Of a stretch of DNA of 64,000 nucleotides, positions 60,882 through 64,000 are shown one piece after another. How positions within the stretch are numbered: position 1 is the stretch's first letter; each line of letters opens with the position of its first letter. The stretch is taken from the IMG/VR virus record IMGVR_UViG_3300031992_004563, positions 137,798-201,797 of that record; one strand, written 5' to 3'. Made by a program: the position numbers and the translations under genes. The stretch is from a virus (Duplodnaviria > Heunggongvirae > Uroviricota > Caudoviricetes). The notes under the pieces were generated by a model, which worked only from the letters and a program-made list of their open reading frames with translations, was not told where the DNA came from and did not search any database.

Positions 60882-61676
60882 ATGAAAAATTATAAACAAA
60901 TATTAGAAGCTATCAATAAAGGTATTTAGTTGGCACTAGATGATATGGAAGATATAGAAGATAATAGTTCTATATCTCAAACCAATGATATTATTGATGC
61001 AGAAGATGTTATTGAAAATCATATAATGATTCGTAAATGGTGTGTAGATTTAGGGTTACCATCTAGAACTTTATGGCATAAATATAATTTAGGAGTGAAT
61101 CCCGATTATTTGTCAAGTTCTCTTTTTTGGTATGGAAACTAGTATGCATGGGGGGAAACTAAAGAAAAATTATCAAATTAGTTATTTAATTGGGAAAATT
61201 ATAAATATTGTAACAATAGTCCAACAAGTTTAACTAAATATTGCCCACGTGGAGAAAAATATTAGTGGGTATGGGATTGGTCAGATTCAAATGTTAAGCG
61301 TACTCCACCTGATGGAAAATGCAAATTAGAATTATCTGATGATGCAGCTAATGTAACAAATGAATTATGGAAAATCCCATCAGAAAAAGATTATGAAGAA
61401 TTATTGGAAAATGTAACGAATCAACATGTTATAGAATATAATGGTATAGTTGGACTAGAAGGATTTGAATTTACAAGTAAAATAAATGGTAATAAAATAT
61501 TTTTCCCAATGATACGAAAAAGCAATCAAATGCGCGCATATTATTGGACAAATCAAATTAAGAAATAGACACCATTTGAATCTATGGCATTTTATATAGA
61601 TGATTTTGGAGAACCACGAATATTATCAACAAATAGATGTTTTGGTTGTTTTATTAGACCTATTATTAAAAGATGA
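60882..61676 (+). CDS. Leader-family-1 CLec-like protein (264 aa, TAG=Q)
   Basis: MKNYKQILEAINKGI*LALDD; VDLGLPSRTLW; YAWGE; DDAA; IRPI. Confidence 0.85.
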
Positions 61677-62428
61677 AAAATTATAAACAAATATTAGAAG
61701 CTGTACATCGAGGTATCTAGTTGGCACTAGATGATATGGAAGATATAGAAGATATAAATCCTATATCTCAAACTAGTGATGTCATAGATAGTGAAGATGT
61801 TTTACAACATTATGCGTGTTTTTATAGAATTATTGAAAAATTAGGTGTACCTCCAAAATCAACAGATGACACATTAACAGTAGATGAAATTGATAATTTA
61901 ATTGTATATTCAAAAGAACATAATGTAAAATATGTTCCAAAAGACAAAGATGATTTGGACAGAATTTTAAAACCATTTTTATGGCAGTATAGTCACGCAG
62001 ATTTAAATTGGATAGATACACGTAAAATAACTGATATGCGTAAACTATTTATGAATAGTGTATTTAATGGAGATATTTCTGAATGGGATACATCAAACGT
62101 AAGAAACATGTCTCGCATGTTTGAAAATAATCAAATGTTTAATTGTGATATTTCTAATTGGGATGTAGGTAATTTAATAAATGCAGAAAGAATGTTCTAT
62201 AAGGCTTCAAATTTTAATTGTGATATTTCTAAATGGGACCCGCATAATTTGGAAAATGGTGGTGAAATGTTTTATGGAACGAATAGTCTTAGTTCAAATA
62301 TAGATTTAAGTAAATGGAAACTATATAAGTGTAAAAAATTTGGGCATATGTTTACAGAATCTGGATTAACTAAAAGGAGCTTTAAATGCCCAGAATTCTT
62401 TCCTCCTAAAATACAAACAAAGGACTAA
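61673..62428 (+). CDS. Leader-family-1 DUF285/BspA-like protein (251 aa, one TAG)
   Basis: MKNYKQILEAVHRGI*LALDD; ADLNWIDT; FNGDISEWD repeats; ATGA overlap with the previous gene. Confidence 0.85.
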
Positions 62429-62446
62429 TAATTTAGTCCTTTGTTT
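62415..62446. terminator. Bidirectional terminator
   Basis: AAACAAAGGACTAA-TAAT-TTAGTCCTTTGTTT. Confidence 0.85.
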
Positions 62447-62968
62447 TTATAGTTTTTCAAGTATTTTGACAACTGGCCTTGTATTTTCAACTGTTAATGG
62501 CAGTTGTTTATTTTTTACTTTATAATCTTCTGGGCTTGCGTGTTGAATCCATTTTTCAAATTTTTCGTAATTTAACATTCTTGGTGATGCCCAATAAATG
62601 TGTTGACCAGAATTATTACCAATAACCTTAAATCCATGAAAAGACAAATGCTTAAGTGCAGATATTCCGCCAGGTGTTATTCCGCCTTCAGTAGTTACAA
62701 TATCACCTGAATCCACAATATCTGATACTGCATCAAATAATATAAATTTTTCTTCATCTGTAAATTCTTTTTCAGAATCATTTTCAAAATGAATAATCCA
62801 ATCAATATTATGTTTATTACTTGTTAATAAAACAAAATACTTTAATGGGTCTTTTCTTAAACAAATTGCTATACCTTCACAACCAAAAGTTTTTGGGCCT
62901 TGGCCTTCAATTGTTATGTTTTTATTTCCAAAAAATTTTCCAATAATGTCTTTAATATGCAAACTCAT
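62447..62968 (-). CDS. Hypothetical protein (173 aa)
   Basis: ORF track; minus-strand ATAAATA upstream. Confidence 0.7.
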   Translation of the reverse strand: MSLHIKDIIGKFFGNKNITIEGQGPKTFGCEGIAICLRKDPLKYFVLLTSNKHNIDWIIHFENDSEKEFTDEEKFILFDAVSDIVDSGDIVTTEGGITPGGISALKHLSFHGFKVIGNNSGQHIYWASPRMLNYEKFEKWIQHASPEDYKVKNKQLPLTVENTRPVVKILEKL

Positions 62969-63106
62969 ATTAATACTTTTAATTTTTATTATTTATTGAA
63001 AATAAAGGCGTGTTTCACAACAGGCCTTTATCAATACTTATTAACTTGTTTTTAGATTTATACATCACTAAATGCTTTAATAATTTATTTAATTATTATA
63101 TTTTAA

Positions 63107-64000
63107 TTATTTAAATTGTTTTATATATTCTTCAAAAATTTGAATAGCCTCATTTATATTATTTGAAAATATTTCTAAATAATTTAAATTATTATCATAC
63201 GCATATTTACGTTTTTGTGGGTCTCTAATAATCCATGTATTAATTGCATTAGTATAATCAGTTTTACATTGTTTATTAATTATTAATTTTTCATATTCTA
63301 ATGCTTTTAATTTTTCTAATCTATTAATATCATCCTAATTATTTTCATCAAATGGATGAAATCCATGCCGCCAATCACCTTGAATTTCAATATATAAATC
63401 TAAACTTTTTATATAAAAATCACAATTAAATGGATATAATTTGGATTTGTATTGAAATTCTATATCATTTATATATTTCTATTCTAAATAATTTTTAAAT
63501 TCCTATTCCAATTTTGATGAATGAAAAGAATTATTTTTTCTTTTTGTTTCTAATATCTTTTTTTGAATTTCTGGAGATTTCATATGTTCAGAATTCCACT
63601 ATCTAAATTCATTAGACTATGTATAATATTTAACTCCATATTTTTTTATGCAAGTCTAATATTGTTTTTCTCTTAAAATCCCATGGTTCCATGAAGTTGT
63701 CTAACCATATCGTTCCATCATTGTATTTTGCTATTTTAATTTAATTTCGTTAACTTGCATAGAATTTTCTACCCCATATTTTTCTAAATTTGTTTGTTTT
63801 ATTTTTTCTTTATTAAAACATTCTTGTCCATACCTATCTAAATTAGTTTGTCGCTATTTGTCACGTATTTCTTTATTTTGAGCAGGATATTCTACCCCAT
63901 ATCTTTCTAAATTTATTTGTTTAATTTGTTTTTTAATTATATTTGACTAATAAACATTTTCTACACCATATCGTTCAATATTGGTCTATTTTATTTTGTT
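63107..64000 (-). CDS. Second KYGV-repeat endonuclease (5' end outside window; many TAG)
   Basis: (K/R)YGV repeats; YPFNCDFYIKSLDLYIEIQGDWRHG; TW..RDP.KR..A..NNLNYLEIF, paralog of 56657..57886. Confidence 0.75.

Noticed and set aside
60700-61676. C-termini of the other CLec paralogs as DGR variable or template regions
   Set aside because: Ordinary A/T-ending codons, no AAC arrays and no extended nucleotide identity to 1903-2079
295-62021. Short alternative-frame and antisense ORFs in the track (e.g. 489..734, 16143..16502, 29759..30160, 48382..48681, 53417..53677)
   Set aside because: They lie within better-supported genes and have no recognisable motifs or expression signals
46483-63030. 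GTTTCACAAC-centred hairpins at ~46483-46510 and ~63002-63030 as a novel ncRNA
   Set aside because: On the minus strand both are GUGA-tetraloop stems followed by U-rich sequence just after gene ends, consistent with ordinary terminators
1-64000. CRISPR array, tRNA (including an amber suppressor), rRNA or reverse transcriptase
   Set aside because: None recognised; intergenic gaps are short and the repeats found are promoters, terminators or coding repeats. A tRNA scan was not run

Overview
AT-rich segment of a very large lytic bacteriophage that reads TAG as Gln (genetic code 15). It most resembles the Lak-type megaphages of Prevotella/Segatella; this is inferred from the recoding, Bacteroidota-type promoters, SD-less starts, dnaK/dnaJ and T4-like genes. 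Re-translating TAG as Q merges many fragments of the supplied ORF track into intact genes, so the window is almost entirely coding. Recognisable genes: dnaK (3' end), dnaJ, a recoded IS607-type TnpB with a truncated TnpA, about 21 kb of nearly TAG-free small genes, PNKP and other RNA/nucleotide enzymes, a T4 beta-glucosyltransferase-like gene, thymidine kinase, tail-fibre/structural genes, a fused endonuclease-methyltransferase, nrdG, nrdD, two repeat-bearing endonucleases and a replicative helicase. nrdD is split into two genes by a HExxH protein and also carries a group I intron in its MG|CR motif. The most interesting signals are: (1) two families of shared N-terminal leaders on unrelated cargo domains, resembling T4 capsid-targeting/prohead-protease signals; (2) a DGR-like variable-region signature in one cargo gene, with no template or RT in the window; (3) a stand-alone mini-protein resembling the capsid Gol segment; (4) three promoter classes that track TAG usage. 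All calls come from manual reading; no database searches were run.
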